NCBI GenBank assembly: GCA_035329185.1
Contig: DAOLHH010000002.1
Span: forward strand, 1 to 47,882
Direction: 5' to 3'
Source of the DNA: Candidatus Saccharimonadota bacterium
Lineage (GTDB): Bacteria > Patescibacteriota > Saccharimonadia > Saccharimonadales > SZUA-47
Length of the DNA stretch: 47,882 bases
A model generated the notes under the pieces. The model was not told the DNA's origin. It did no database searches and saw only the letters and a list, made by a program, of their open reading frames with translations. A program made the position numbers and the translations under genes. Positions 35,564-44,497 of the stretch are shown piece after piece. Positions within the stretch are counted from its first letter, which is position 1. Each line of letters starts with the position of its first letter.

Positions 35564-36673
35564 ATGGGTAAGAAAAAATCTACGCACGCTCGAGCGTTAA
35601 GGTATGTTCGTAAAAACTGGCTCTCATTCCTGTTTATTTTTGTGGGATTGCTTTCAGCAGCAACCATATTATTGGTCCCCAAAGCACAACAAAAAGTTGA
35701 AGATGAAAAGCCGGCAGAATTGGTGAATTGTGATGGCGATAAAAATCTTGATTTTGATTGTTGGACCGAGCATTTTACCGCGCTTGTTCAGCAACAATCA
35801 GTAAAAGCGGCGATGGATGATATAAAATCTCGTTACACATCAAACGGATATCTAAGAGGCGAGTGCCATCAGGTGACACATGTTATTGGACGCGCCGCTG
35901 TTAAATCGGGCATGTCGCTCGGTTCAGCTTACCAACAAGGTGATAGCTATTGCGCTTCTGGATATTATCATGGCGCGGTTGAAGAAATTGCAAAATCTAT
36001 GGGAAAAGACACTTTTATAGCTCAAGTTGATTCCGTTTGCCAAGATATTATCAAGCAAAGCAAGTATTCTATCAATCATCATAACTGTACGCATGGTATA
36101 GGACATGGGCTTATGTTAATAACCGAAGATGAACTTTTTGAGTCAATCAATGCATGCGATAGCATTGTGGATAGTTGGAGTAAGAGCTCATGCCTGGGTG
36201 GTGTTTTTATGGAAAATGTCATCGCAGACCCCTCGACGAATCCAACTCACGCCACAAAATATCTTAAGCCAGAAGACCCCATGTATCCTTGTAATTCGGT
36301 AGAACAAACGTTCAAAGAGCCATGCTACCTAATACAGACTGCATATGCCTTACGACAGACGGGTCAAGATTTTGCCAAGGTGTTCGATATGTGTGGAGCG
36401 GTCGAAGAAGATATGCGTGATACGTGCTGGCAAAGTCTCGGTCGAGACGCATCTGGTAATAGTGTGAGTAACATAAGTATTACGCGCGAACGTTGCGAGT
36501 TAGGAAAAACAATCGAAGCTCAGATGAATTGTGCCATTGGTGCGGCAAAAGACTTCGTGTATCATTACGCAGATGATGCAGAGGCATATAAACTGTGTGC
36601 AACATTTTCAGAACAAGAAGTCGAAAATACTTGTAACGCAACAACGGCATCGTATATAAAGAGTTTTAGATGA
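35564..36673 (+). CDS. Membrane-anchored Cys/His-rich repeat protein (369 aa, 16 Cys), unknown function
   Basis: TM anchor followed by a recurring Cys-led motif (CHQVTHVIG, CASGYYHGA, CTHGIGHGL, CLGGVFMEN, CWQSLGRD, CAIGAAKD). Confidence 0.5.
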   Translation: MGKKKSTHARALRYVRKNWLSFLFIFVGLLSAATILLVPKAQQKVEDEKPAELVNCDGDKNLDFDCWTEHFTALVQQQSVKAAMDDIKSRYTSNGYLRGECHQVTHVIGRAAVKSGMSLGSAYQQGDSYCASGYYHGAVEEIAKSMGKDTFIAQVDSVCQDIIKQSKYSINHHNCTHGIGHGLMLITEDELFESINACDSIVDSWSKSSCLGGVFMENVIADPSTNPTHATKYLKPEDPMYPCNSVEQTFKEPCYLIQTAYALRQTGQDFAKVFDMCGAVEEDMRDTCWQSLGRDASGNSVSNISITRERCELGKTIEAQMNCAIGAAKDFVYHYADDAEAYKLCATFSEQEVENTCNATTASYIKSFR

Positions 36674-37005
36674 ACAAGAAACTATTATTAGTGAGTTTTG
36701 TAATCGCAGGAATACTTGTCGGCACCGCTACTGTCTTACGGCAATCAAAAGATCAGTCTGCGGGGTCTAAAACTTATGCTCAACAAGAATTAGCAAGCGC
36801 TGATGGTAAAGACGGCCGTGATTGCTGGCTTGCGGTAGATGGTGTTATTTATGAGATTGAACAAGGATACAAATGGGTAGAAGGAGAGCATACTGAGTCT
36901 TCTACAGCATATTGTGGCGCAGATATGAGCTCCGTTATAGATCAAGCACCGCATGGTCGAACAAAGCTTTCTCAATTAAAGAAAATCGGTACTCTGCAAC
37001 GTTAA
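36670..37005 (+). CDS. Membrane-anchored cytochrome b5-like heme/steroid-binding domain protein
   Basis: LASADGKDGRDCWLAVDGVIYEI..W..GEH...CGADMS..IDQAPHG. ATGA overlap with the upstream gene. Confidence 0.65.
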   Translation: MNKKLLLVSFVIAGILVGTATVLRQSKDQSAGSKTYAQQELASADGKDGRDCWLAVDGVIYEIEQGYKWVEGEHTESSTAYCGADMSSVIDQAPHGRTKLSQLKKIGTLQR

Positions 37006-37012
37006 ATGGTGA

Positions 37013-38056
37013 TTAGTTGGTCACTTTTAAGTGGGCGTCATAGATAAGGCCGCCTGTTTGCTCGGAGAAATCTCCGTAGAATAGGTGAATGGTGTCATCA
37101 GATTCAAAATAGCCGTCGACATCAGCGCCGTGAAGCCCTATTTTGCCAAGCTTTTCCCAAGTTATGCCATCAGTTGATGTTGCAGCGAATACCTCGGAGT
37201 GTGCGTTATATAACATAATATATCCACCTTTAGGATTGGCGAGTACGAATGGATGTAATACCTGTGACCATGCTCCCTGTGATCCGAGGGCGTCTTTTTC
37301 GATCTGGTCATAAACAATCGTTGCGCTTGTATCTCGTGTCCAAGCCAGTCCATCTGTTGAACCTGCCCCCCAGATCTGGCCATCACGTTGGTTACCTGAA
37401 GCGATAGAATTTTCATCGAAGTACATACGCCATGACTTATCGGCAAGCTGAAAGGCAGTTGGGCCTTCAAGGTAATATGAATCTCTAGGTTCAACACGAT
37501 TTCCTGAATCTTTGGTGAATACTTTGCCGTCGGTACTCGTTGAGCTTTGTATAGCAGCTGGTGGGTCGCTTGGCCTGATAGGCTGTGCGCCAGGGTAGTA
37601 GAATCGAACTCCAGTCTCTATTGGTACTGCACGTCCTGTCGCAACACCAGGGAATATAACGTCTAGTTCTTTTTCCCACGTGTCGCCGTCAGTGGAGGTG
37701 TAGGTGAGGTATCCACCTTGACCCCCCGATTGTCTGTTTATATACATTCGGAATCCGGTGTCGGTTTTAATGACTGAGGGGTCAGCGAGACCGTCTGTCA
37801 GTATTTTATTGCCTGAATCTATTACGCTGATTTCAGTCGATTTTTTGTTTTTTTCTTCTGACGATTCGGGTGTTGTCGAAGAAGTAGCTGTTTCTATCTT
37901 GTCAGATTTGTTGCTTACAGTTTTCCACGCCATGAATATGACGCCGGCAACTATTAAAATGCCGAGTAAAAGTATAATGTGCCCAATGCCCTGTGGTTCT
38001 TGTGTTGTATTTTTAGCCATAAGCATTACTATATTGTTTTTATACGATTCGAGCAA
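37013..38056 (-). CDS. Membrane-anchored BNR/Asp-box beta-propeller protein (sialidase-like or glycoside-hydrolase-like)
   Basis: Asp-box repeats STDGDTWEK, STDGKVF, STDGLAWTR and STDGITWEK, plus ADPSVIK. The start is uncertain (ATGs at 38056, 38026, 38020). Confidence 0.6.
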   Translation of the reverse strand: MLESYKNNIVMLMAKNTTQEPQGIGHIILLLGILIVAGVIFMAWKTVSNKSDKIETATSSTTPESSEEKNKKSTEISVIDSGNKILTDGLADPSVIKTDTGFRMYINRQSGGQGGYLTYTSTDGDTWEKELDVIFPGVATGRAVPIETGVRFYYPGAQPIRPSDPPAAIQSSTSTDGKVFTKDSGNRVEPRDSYYLEGPTAFQLADKSWRMYFDENSIASGNQRDGQIWGAGSTDGLAWTRDTSATIVYDQIEKDALGSQGAWSQVLHPFVLANPKGGYIMLYNAHSEVFAATSTDGITWEKLGKIGLHGADVDGYFESDDTIHLFYGDFSEQTGGLIYDAHLKVTN

Positions 38057-38092
38057 TACAAAATATCACCAGCATGGTGAGATAATGACAGC

Positions 38093-38809
38093 ATGGGTGC
38101 CCAACAATTAATACATGAATTATCGCAACATGCTGATGACCAGCGAGCCATTCATGCGCTTCGGTTTTTTAAGACCGCTCCGGGTCAATATGGCGAAGGT
38201 GATGTCTTTATCGGTATTACGATGCCCGATTTGCGCAAGGTGTGTAAAAAATATCATGATTTGCAGATGTCCGATTTTGAAAAACTCCTTGCGAATCCAA
38301 TTCACGAGCATCGCATGGCCGCTGTAGTCATTCTGTCTGATATGTTTAAGAAACAGGACGAAGCAGGGAAGCGCGCGTTTTTTAATCTGTATATCAAGGC
38401 AACGAAAGCTAATCAAATTAACAATTGGGATTTAGTCGATGTATCTGCACGCTATGTTGTTGGTGCGTACCTACTCGATAAACCACGAAAAATTTTGTAC
38501 GAGTTAGCGCGCACTGATCATCTGTGGTCAAAGCGCGTTGCCATACTTGCTACTCCTGCATTCTACGTTCGTGGCGATGCTTCAGACACCCTAGCGCTTG
38601 CTGAGATACTTTTATATGATACGCACGATCTCATGCACAAGGCAGTAGGTTGGATGCTTCGAGAGGTCGGTAAGTACGTCGACGAATCGCTTTTGACGTC
38701 TTTTCTTGATGTCCATGCAAAGACGATGCCTCGGACAACACTCCGTTATGCGATAGAACGACTAACACCAGAACAGCGGGCACACTATATGCAACTTAAA
38801 GCGCGTTAA
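38093..38809 (+). CDS. DNA alkylation repair protein (AlkC/AlkD-like HEAT-repeat glycosylase family)
   Basis: LRFFKTAPGQYGEGDVFIGI.MP.LRKV...NNWDLVD...GWMLRE. Confidence 0.75.
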   Translation: MGAQQLIHELSQHADDQRAIHALRFFKTAPGQYGEGDVFIGITMPDLRKVCKKYHDLQMSDFEKLLANPIHEHRMAAVVILSDMFKKQDEAGKRAFFNLYIKATKANQINNWDLVDVSARYVVGAYLLDKPRKILYELARTDHLWSKRVAILATPAFYVRGDASDTLALAEILLYDTHDLMHKAVGWMLREVGKYVDESLLTSFLDVHAKTMPRTTLRYAIERLTPEQRAHYMQLKAR

Positions 38810-38825
38810 TAGTGCTAGCTGTGTT

Positions 38826-40049
38826 TTATTTATTACGTTCAACAAAAGTCAGCGCGTAGCCGATTTTACCTGCACGACCAGCACGACCTATGCGGTGCAC
38901 GTAATCATCATATGTCTGAGGAATAGAGAAGTTGACGACATGTGTAATATCTGCAACATCGATTCCACGAGCAGCCACATCGGTCGCAACAAGAATTTTA
39001 GTTTCGTTGCGTTTGAAGCTTTCAAGTGCGCGACGTCGCTGACCAAGATTCTTACCGCCGTGAATCGAGCCAGCAGAAAAACCACGTTCTACAAGTTCTT
39101 TGCTGAGCTTCTCGACACCACGCTGTGTTTCATCAAACACAATCGCCTTGGTGGTAGCTGGATTGATGAGCAGGTCATGTAGCTTATCGATTTTTTCATG
39201 CGAATGGTCATAGTGAATAACATCTTGATGGACATTATCACTCGCTGCACTAGCCTTGAGCGAAATACTGACTGGATTGCTCGTGAAACTCTCAATAAGT
39301 GTTCGAATCCGGGTATCCATGGTCGCAGAGAAAAATAGAGATTGATGAGGCAGTGTAACGGATTCGAGAATAAATCGTACATCTGGCAAGAAGCCCATAT
39401 CGAGCATACGGTCAACTTCATCAAGTGCAACGATAGTGACGCGGTTGAGCTTTAAGCTTCCACGTTTCAAGTGATCTTTAATACGTCCTGGTGTACCGAT
39501 AATGATACGCGGGTTACGTTGCAAGCTACGGAGCTGATAGCTCATGCTGGCGCCACCAATGAGTAAGACGCCAAATAAGTTACTGCCACGTGCCAAATCT
39601 TGCATTTCTTTTTCAATTTGCTGAGCGAGCTCGCGAGTCGGAGCCACAATAATTGTTGCAGCTTTTTGATCGGTGAGCAGCTTCTGTAGTATCGGTAATG
39701 CGAAAGCAGCCGTTTTTCCAGTCCCGGTACTTGCAAGACCAACAATATCCTTACCAGTGAGTGCAACGGGGATTGCTTGATCTTGGATTGGTGATGGGGT
39801 GATGTAGTTTTTCGCGATAAGATTACGTTGCAAAGTGTCAATAAGATTAAAATCGGCAAATGTGTGCATTGATTCGTACGGTTCTTCTTCTTTGAATGTT
39901 GCAACTTGAACGAAGCGGGCAGGGTCGATATATTGACCGGCTGGCCGTCGTGACGAGCGATTTGTGTTTGTGCGACGTTGCCCTGAACGGTTTCGTGCAT
40001 ATTTTTGCGCAGCTGAAGAGCCACGACTTGATTTATAAGAGTATCCCAT
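38826..40049 (-). CDS. DEAD-box ATP-dependent RNA helicase with an N-terminal R/S-rich tail; motif II reads DEVD
   Basis: Q motif (PSPIQ), motif I ASTGTGKTAAF, PTRELA, DEVD, SAT, VATDVAARGIDV, HRIGRAGRAG. Confidence 0.9.
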   Translation of the reverse strand: MGYSYKSSRGSSAAQKYARNRSGQRRTNTNRSSRRPAGQYIDPARFVQVATFKEEEPYESMHTFADFNLIDTLQRNLIAKNYITPSPIQDQAIPVALTGKDIVGLASTGTGKTAAFALPILQKLLTDQKAATIIVAPTRELAQQIEKEMQDLARGSNLFGVLLIGGASMSYQLRSLQRNPRIIIGTPGRIKDHLKRGSLKLNRVTIVALDEVDRMLDMGFLPDVRFILESVTLPHQSLFFSATMDTRIRTLIESFTSNPVSISLKASAASDNVHQDVIHYDHSHEKIDKLHDLLINPATTKAIVFDETQRGVEKLSKELVERGFSAGSIHGGKNLGQRRRALESFKRNETKILVATDVAARGIDVADITHVVNFSIPQTYDDYVHRIGRAGRAGKIGYALTFVERNK

Positions 40050-40243
40050 TAAAAAAGGATCCTTTCGATTTTAGGTTTTTACTCGTGATTGTCTATGTTG
40101 AAGACGAGTAAAAGTTTCTAAAACGACCCGGATCCAATAATGAACAATAAAAGAATATTAGCATAATAAATTTTAAATGTCAATAACAGAGCAATCAAGA
40201 AGTTAGTAGTTGCCTTGTGCTACTATCTTAAAAAGGACTTTCT

Positions 40244-41092
40244 ATGAATAAAAAAATAATCTTCAGCATCATTACGGTCGTAACTATCATCAGTGCATTT
40301 TATGTGTATAAAACCCAGGAAAACGTAGCAGATGAGTCAGTGACCATGCAGAAGCCTCTGTATGTTGCTATGGGTGATTCAGTCGTAGCCGGGATAGGGT
40401 TGGGCGCGGGAATACCTGGTACGTGTGGGCGCACAGACCAAGCCTACTCAAACAAGATTGCTGAAGTAAAAAACTATGAACTAAAAAATATCGCTTGCTC
40501 CGGCGCCACGATTGAGCGAGGTATCATCGGAGTACAAAAAGTCGGCGATAATATAGAGAAATCTCAACTCAAACAGCTCAAGGAAATACCAGAGCCAGAA
40601 CTCATCACTATTACAATTGGCGCGAACGATATAGGTTGGGTAGAATCGGTCGCTCGATGCATTACTGCGACGTGTGGTTCTGAAGCTGAAACTCAAACTG
40701 TTGCAGATTCGATTGCAAACGTACAAACGAATCTGTCAAAAGTATTTGGTGAATTATCTTCAATGTATAGTTCGGACGCGAAACCCAAAATAGTGGTTAC
40801 CAATTATTATCAGGTTATTCTGGAGTCAGAGGCAGAATGTCCGGCATTAACAGGAGTGAGCGATACCGAACTTGCGTGGATCAAAAGTCAAATACAATTG
40901 TTCAATGCGAGCATTGATGCAGTAGTTAAAGACTATGCTTTCATCACAGCGGTGCCTATCGATTTCAGTGGTCATGGTCAATGTAGTCAAGAGAGCTGGG
41001 TTCAGGGACTCACGGATAAAGCACCATTTCATCCGACTGTTCCAGGGCAACAGGCTATCGCAGACGCGGTTTTGGAAGTGTTTGAAAAGTAG
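40244..41092 (+). CDS. Secreted or membrane-anchored SGNH/GDSL-family hydrolase
   Basis: VAMGDSVVAG, ACSGAT, IGANDIG and a C-terminal FHPT. N-terminal hydrophobic anchor; AAGGA RBS. Confidence 0.75.
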   Translation: MNKKIIFSIITVVTIISAFYVYKTQENVADESVTMQKPLYVAMGDSVVAGIGLGAGIPGTCGRTDQAYSNKIAEVKNYELKNIACSGATIERGIIGVQKVGDNIEKSQLKQLKEIPEPELITITIGANDIGWVESVARCITATCGSEAETQTVADSIANVQTNLSKVFGELSSMYSSDAKPKIVVTNYYQVILESEAECPALTGVSDTELAWIKSQIQLFNASIDAVVKDYAFITAVPIDFSGHGQCSQESWVQGLTDKAPFHPTVPGQQAIADAVLEVFEK

Positions 41093-41144
41093 TGCCTGAA
41101 AAGATTTGCTTATTTCTTGGCTTCACTTATCAAACAGAATAGCT

Positions 41145-41732
41145 CTAAAAATTGAACGTGCGTACGAAAGTATCGATAGTGTCGGTATACTTCAGCTCTC
41201 CACCTTCACCTGCGTAGTAGGTCACGCCTTTTCCTGAGTTATTTTTAAATTCATAGGTAAGGTTAAGCCCTCCACCATAATCTCCAATACTCTTCACAAC
41301 CTTATCGCCATTGATGTCCAACTCTTCACAGGTGTAATCGCTAATCGGCTTACTTTTCTCAATGTTCTCTATTTCTGCTTCAATCAAGCAAGCAATCGTT
41401 TCGTCTGCAGGCTCTGCTCTTGTATAAATAAGCATGCTATTTGAGCGATCATCACAATCAACAGCTTTGTCATCGTCTGGATAAGCAAGCATCATCTTTG
41501 AGTCTATAGAGTCGCAGTTCATTTCACTCCAGCCGTCTGGTAGTGTGTATGCTGATTTTTTCTCCGCCACTTCTGTTTTCGTTGTATCGTTGTTTTGCGT
41601 TGCTTCGCTCTTTGAGCTAGTGTTTTCATCGTCTTGGTTCGCGACATACCAGCCTGCTGCCCCCACGACGGCAACTATAAGAAGGAGCACTAATATCCCT
41701 GTTAATCCGAATCCGTTTTGCTTCATTTTCAT
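41145..41732 (-). CDS. Membrane-anchored protein with a prepilin-like leader that lacks Glu5
   Basis: MKMKQNG/FGLTGILVLLLIV..., followed by a Cys-containing acidic ectodomain. Confidence 0.5.
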   Translation of the reverse strand: MKMKQNGFGLTGILVLLLIVAVVGAAGWYVANQDDENTSSKSEATQNNDTTKTEVAEKKSAYTLPDGWSEMNCDSIDSKMMLAYPDDDKAVDCDDRSNSMLIYTRAEPADETIACLIEAEIENIEKSKPISDYTCEELDINGDKVVKSIGDYGGGLNLTYEFKNNSGKGVTYYAGEGGELKYTDTIDTFVRTFNF

Positions 41733-41839
41733 CTCACCACCCTCACTTTAAAATATAAAAAACTGATTTCATAGTAGCAATAGTACTCTATAAGTCCAAT
41801 TATTTTTGTGAATCAAGGATTTGCTGAGTTACGATTTAG

Positions 41840-42532
41840 CTATTCTGAAATTCTTACAGAATTAATGATGTCATCAAATACTGGTTTGTATATATGATAA
41901 TCAATGCCAGATACGTTCTTTGCGGAGTAATAATCACCTTTGTACAGTGTCGTTTTTATAAGTACTCCATATTTTTTACCGAGAATACCCACCGTAAGTC
42001 GCTGTTCATTACTATCAGACCCAGTAGCACCATAGGCTGAATAATCAGCAATTTCATAAAATGCGGGCAAAGCGTTAATCTCATAGACAATATGCTCACT
42101 GTCGCCACCTCCTAATTCAAACAAAAAATCTTTAACCCAGTTGTATACGTCGGTATAGTTTTCTGCCTCAAAAGCATAGATGTCGATACTAAACTGATCA
42201 AAGTTTGTGTAGGTTTCACCTACTGGATTCAGTACGACGCAGTCCAATATATGAGCACTACTATATACATTTATGGTAGCCCCCTTCAACTTAGAACAAT
42301 CTTCCGCAACTTTAAAAGTGTCTGGTAGTTGAAACGAAATTTTCTCATCAAGAATAGTAAGAGTTTTTCCGTTTTGAATTCTGTTATTATCTTCTTGCTG
42401 AGTTGTTTGTAGCTCTTTATCGTATTCAATTTTCATTGTCACTATATTCCATGCCGCAACAGCCACTAGAGACAAAACTAGAACCACAAACAAAATTTCA
42501 AGCGTACCAAAGCCGGATTTAAGTTTTTTCAT
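41840..42532 (-). CDS. Type IV pilin-like (class III signal) protein
   Basis: MKKLKSG/FGTLEILFVVLVLSLVAV has Gly-1, Phe+1 and Glu+5. AGGGGGAA RBS. Confidence 0.55.
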   Translation of the reverse strand: MKKLKSGFGTLEILFVVLVLSLVAVAAWNIVTMKIEYDKELQTTQQEDNNRIQNGKTLTILDEKISFQLPDTFKVAEDCSKLKGATINVYSSAHILDCVVLNPVGETYTNFDQFSIDIYAFEAENYTDVYNWVKDFLFELGGGDSEHIVYEINALPAFYEIADYSAYGATGSDSNEQRLTVGILGKKYGVLIKTTLYKGDYYSAKNVSGIDYHIYKPVFDDIINSVRISE

Positions 42533-42670
42533 GAGTTAGTTCCCCCTAATAAACATAAGTATTGCATAGGTTTGGGGTAAATGCACTTTGTTTGGGGGTA
42601 TTGCTTGGTAGCGCAGTTAAACACGATTAGAGCATCATCCAAAGTGTCATACCTAGATGGTAGTAACTAT

Positions 42671-43054
42671 TTAATAATGAAGTAACGACCTAAGCCTACT
42701 TTTAAACGGGTGATTTAAGAAAATATGCAGATCAGAATCGGACTCGAGCAAATAGTCCACTACATGCCAGAATTCATTTATTTTTTCGTGCTTTAACCCT
42801 TCGGTTCGTGTTAATTTTTGTCCCGATAGCGAGTTTACGAATGAATTTGGCACATCTGTAAGCGTGCACGCAAGTTCTGATTGACCCACTACTTCACCAT
42901 ATCGGCAAGCGAAAGTTACATGGTCATTTTGGTCGTTTTCATCATCCCATGAACCTAAAATACAAGTAAAATAAACTTCTGGCTTGTTGTTGTGGCGGTG
43001 AGCTTCAAGAAAAGCGACTGTGAACGCCTCGCCCCTATCCAGAATAAACCTCAT
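42671..43054 (-). CDS. Hypothetical protein (127 aa), third gene of the divergent operon
   Basis: TGATGAATG junction with the upstream gene. No family recognised. Confidence 0.55.
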   Translation of the reverse strand: MRFILDRGEAFTVAFLEAHRHNNKPEVYFTCILGSWDDENDQNDHVTFACRYGEVVGQSELACTLTDVPNSFVNSLSGQKLTRTEGLKHEKINEFWHVVDYLLESDSDLHIFLNHPFKSRLRSLLHY

Positions 43055-43057
43055 TCA

Positions 43058-44041
43058 TCAAACTGTCATTAATTGATTGAATACCGCAACATTATCATCG
43101 AATAATTTCGCAAGATCTTGAGTTGGATTGCTTGCAACAAGTCTGCCATCAGCAACCCGAAGACCAGTTCTATGCCAGGCGCACTGGCTAGCGTAACTGT
43201 TAGTCAAAGTAAAACTACCTACAATCTGGCGCAATTCAGCAATCCTGCTCGGAGCTACTGGACCAGTAATAATAAAGTGAATCTGCCTTGTGAGTAGTCC
43301 TTTAAAAGCTCGCAATTCGTCGGCAAAAGTAGCCCAGTCCTTCGCTTTAAGTGTCTGTACATCCATTGCGATAATCTGAACGGCAACGTTTACATTCAAC
43401 CAATTAGCCCACATAACCAGGCTCTTTCGGCTGTACCAATAAATATGCGGAACAGTAGTTATACCCAGAGCTTGCATCTCTTCGTAGACAACTAGGCTAC
43501 GCTTCACATTAAATATCTTCTCCGGGTGGGGATGTATATCCCATATCGAGTAATTGATCGATGTCACCAGATCAAAACCTAATGCCGCTAATCGGCGTAA
43601 AACATTGCCTCGTTTTGGCCAGATATTCTCTATGAGTCGGTCTTTACCATAGGCAAGAAGTAATAGCTTCGTCTCTGCAGGCACACCCATACGCATATGC
43701 ACATCAGCTGGGGTCAAAAGTTTGTCACGCGACACGACCTCACCAAGATGAACACCAACCCAAGCAGGCCTAGTGTGGGCAAGTAGCTTACTGCTCCCCT
43801 TTTGAATCCCAGGCACATATACGGGCAGGCGTGGCAGTTGTTGTTCAACTGCCGTAACCGTATTAAGGTACGGCCCTTCAACCGATGCCATCTGAAACTG
43901 ATGATCTTCCGAATCTTCGGCAAGAGGCTGATATTCAACACTTGCCATCTCGTAGTTATTGCAATGACCATCTTCATCGTCAATAAAATCCATATATGGA
44001 CAAATCTCGCTTCGCACAGAGTCTAGCGTTAGCTGAGTCAT
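43058..44041 (-). CDS. Hypothetical protein (327 aa); the C-terminal ~230 aa resemble DUF4417 from memory, unverified
   Basis: ATGA overlap with the upstream gene. The segment LVTSINYSIWDIHPHPEKIFNVKRSLVVYEEMQALGITTVPHIYW resembles the DUF4417 core as I recall it. Acidic, Cys-containing N-terminus. Confidence 0.5.
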   Translation of the reverse strand: MTQLTLDSVRSEICPYMDFIDDEDGHCNNYEMASVEYQPLAEDSEDHQFQMASVEGPYLNTVTAVEQQLPRLPVYVPGIQKGSSKLLAHTRPAWVGVHLGEVVSRDKLLTPADVHMRMGVPAETKLLLLAYGKDRLIENIWPKRGNVLRRLAALGFDLVTSINYSIWDIHPHPEKIFNVKRSLVVYEEMQALGITTVPHIYWYSRKSLVMWANWLNVNVAVQIIAMDVQTLKAKDWATFADELRAFKGLLTRQIHFIITGPVAPSRIAELRQIVGSFTLTNSYASQCAWHRTGLRVADGRLVASNPTQDLAKLFDDNVAVFNQLMTV

Positions 44042-44439
44042 AGTTGACCCAGCCCTTGTACCGAAATTATCACGATACGTGTATCGGCACTGGTCACCAC
44101 GACTGAATCAATCGTTCCCTGGTAGACATATTTCTTGCGCATACAACGCAATATCTGAGTAACGTACTCGCCCTCGTACACGCCCAGGTGGGCACCATTA
44201 CCTGCCGTAATTATAAGTTCGCCCCTTATAGCACTAGGCATCAGGGTAATAGCTTGACCTGCATGGGCAGACATTGCACTAGCTCCATCGAGAACCACTT
44301 CTTCAGTGAAAGCGAATAAACAACCCGCCGCCATTTCTGGCGCCGGGCCCGAACCACCTCCAACTGCTACCGGATCACTACTGTACGACGGTTTGTGTCG
44401 CACCACCCCTGTTTGATTTGTACTACTACCTTTACCCAT
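44038..44439 (-). CDS. Hypothetical protein (133 aa), first gene of the divergent operon
   Basis: ATG 44439 lies 4 nt after GGAGGT (the track's TTG start at 44451 is inside the SD). Gly/Ser-rich N-terminus, then a beta-rich region. No family recognised. Confidence 0.55.
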   Translation of the reverse strand: MGKGSSTNQTGVVRHKPSYSSDPVAVGGGSGPAPEMAAGCLFAFTEEVVLDGASAMSAHAGQAITLMPSAIRGELIITAGNGAHLGVYEGEYVTQILRCMRKKYVYQGTIDSVVVTSADTRIVIISVQGLGQL

Positions 44440-44443
44440 TTTA

Positions 44444-44497
44444 ACCTCCAACGGTCAGTTATGTTATATTGGAGGTAGACGAAAACTCGTCGACCTC
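44444..44497 (-). promoter_or_regulatory. Alternative-hairpin translational control element (SD / anti-SD / anti-anti-SD)
   Basis: In the transcript, TTGGAGGT (44451-44444, contains the SD) is complementary to ACCTCCAA (44476-44469). That ACCTC is also the 3' arm of hairpin GAGGTCGACGA/TCGTCTACCTC (44497-44472). Confidence 0.55.
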
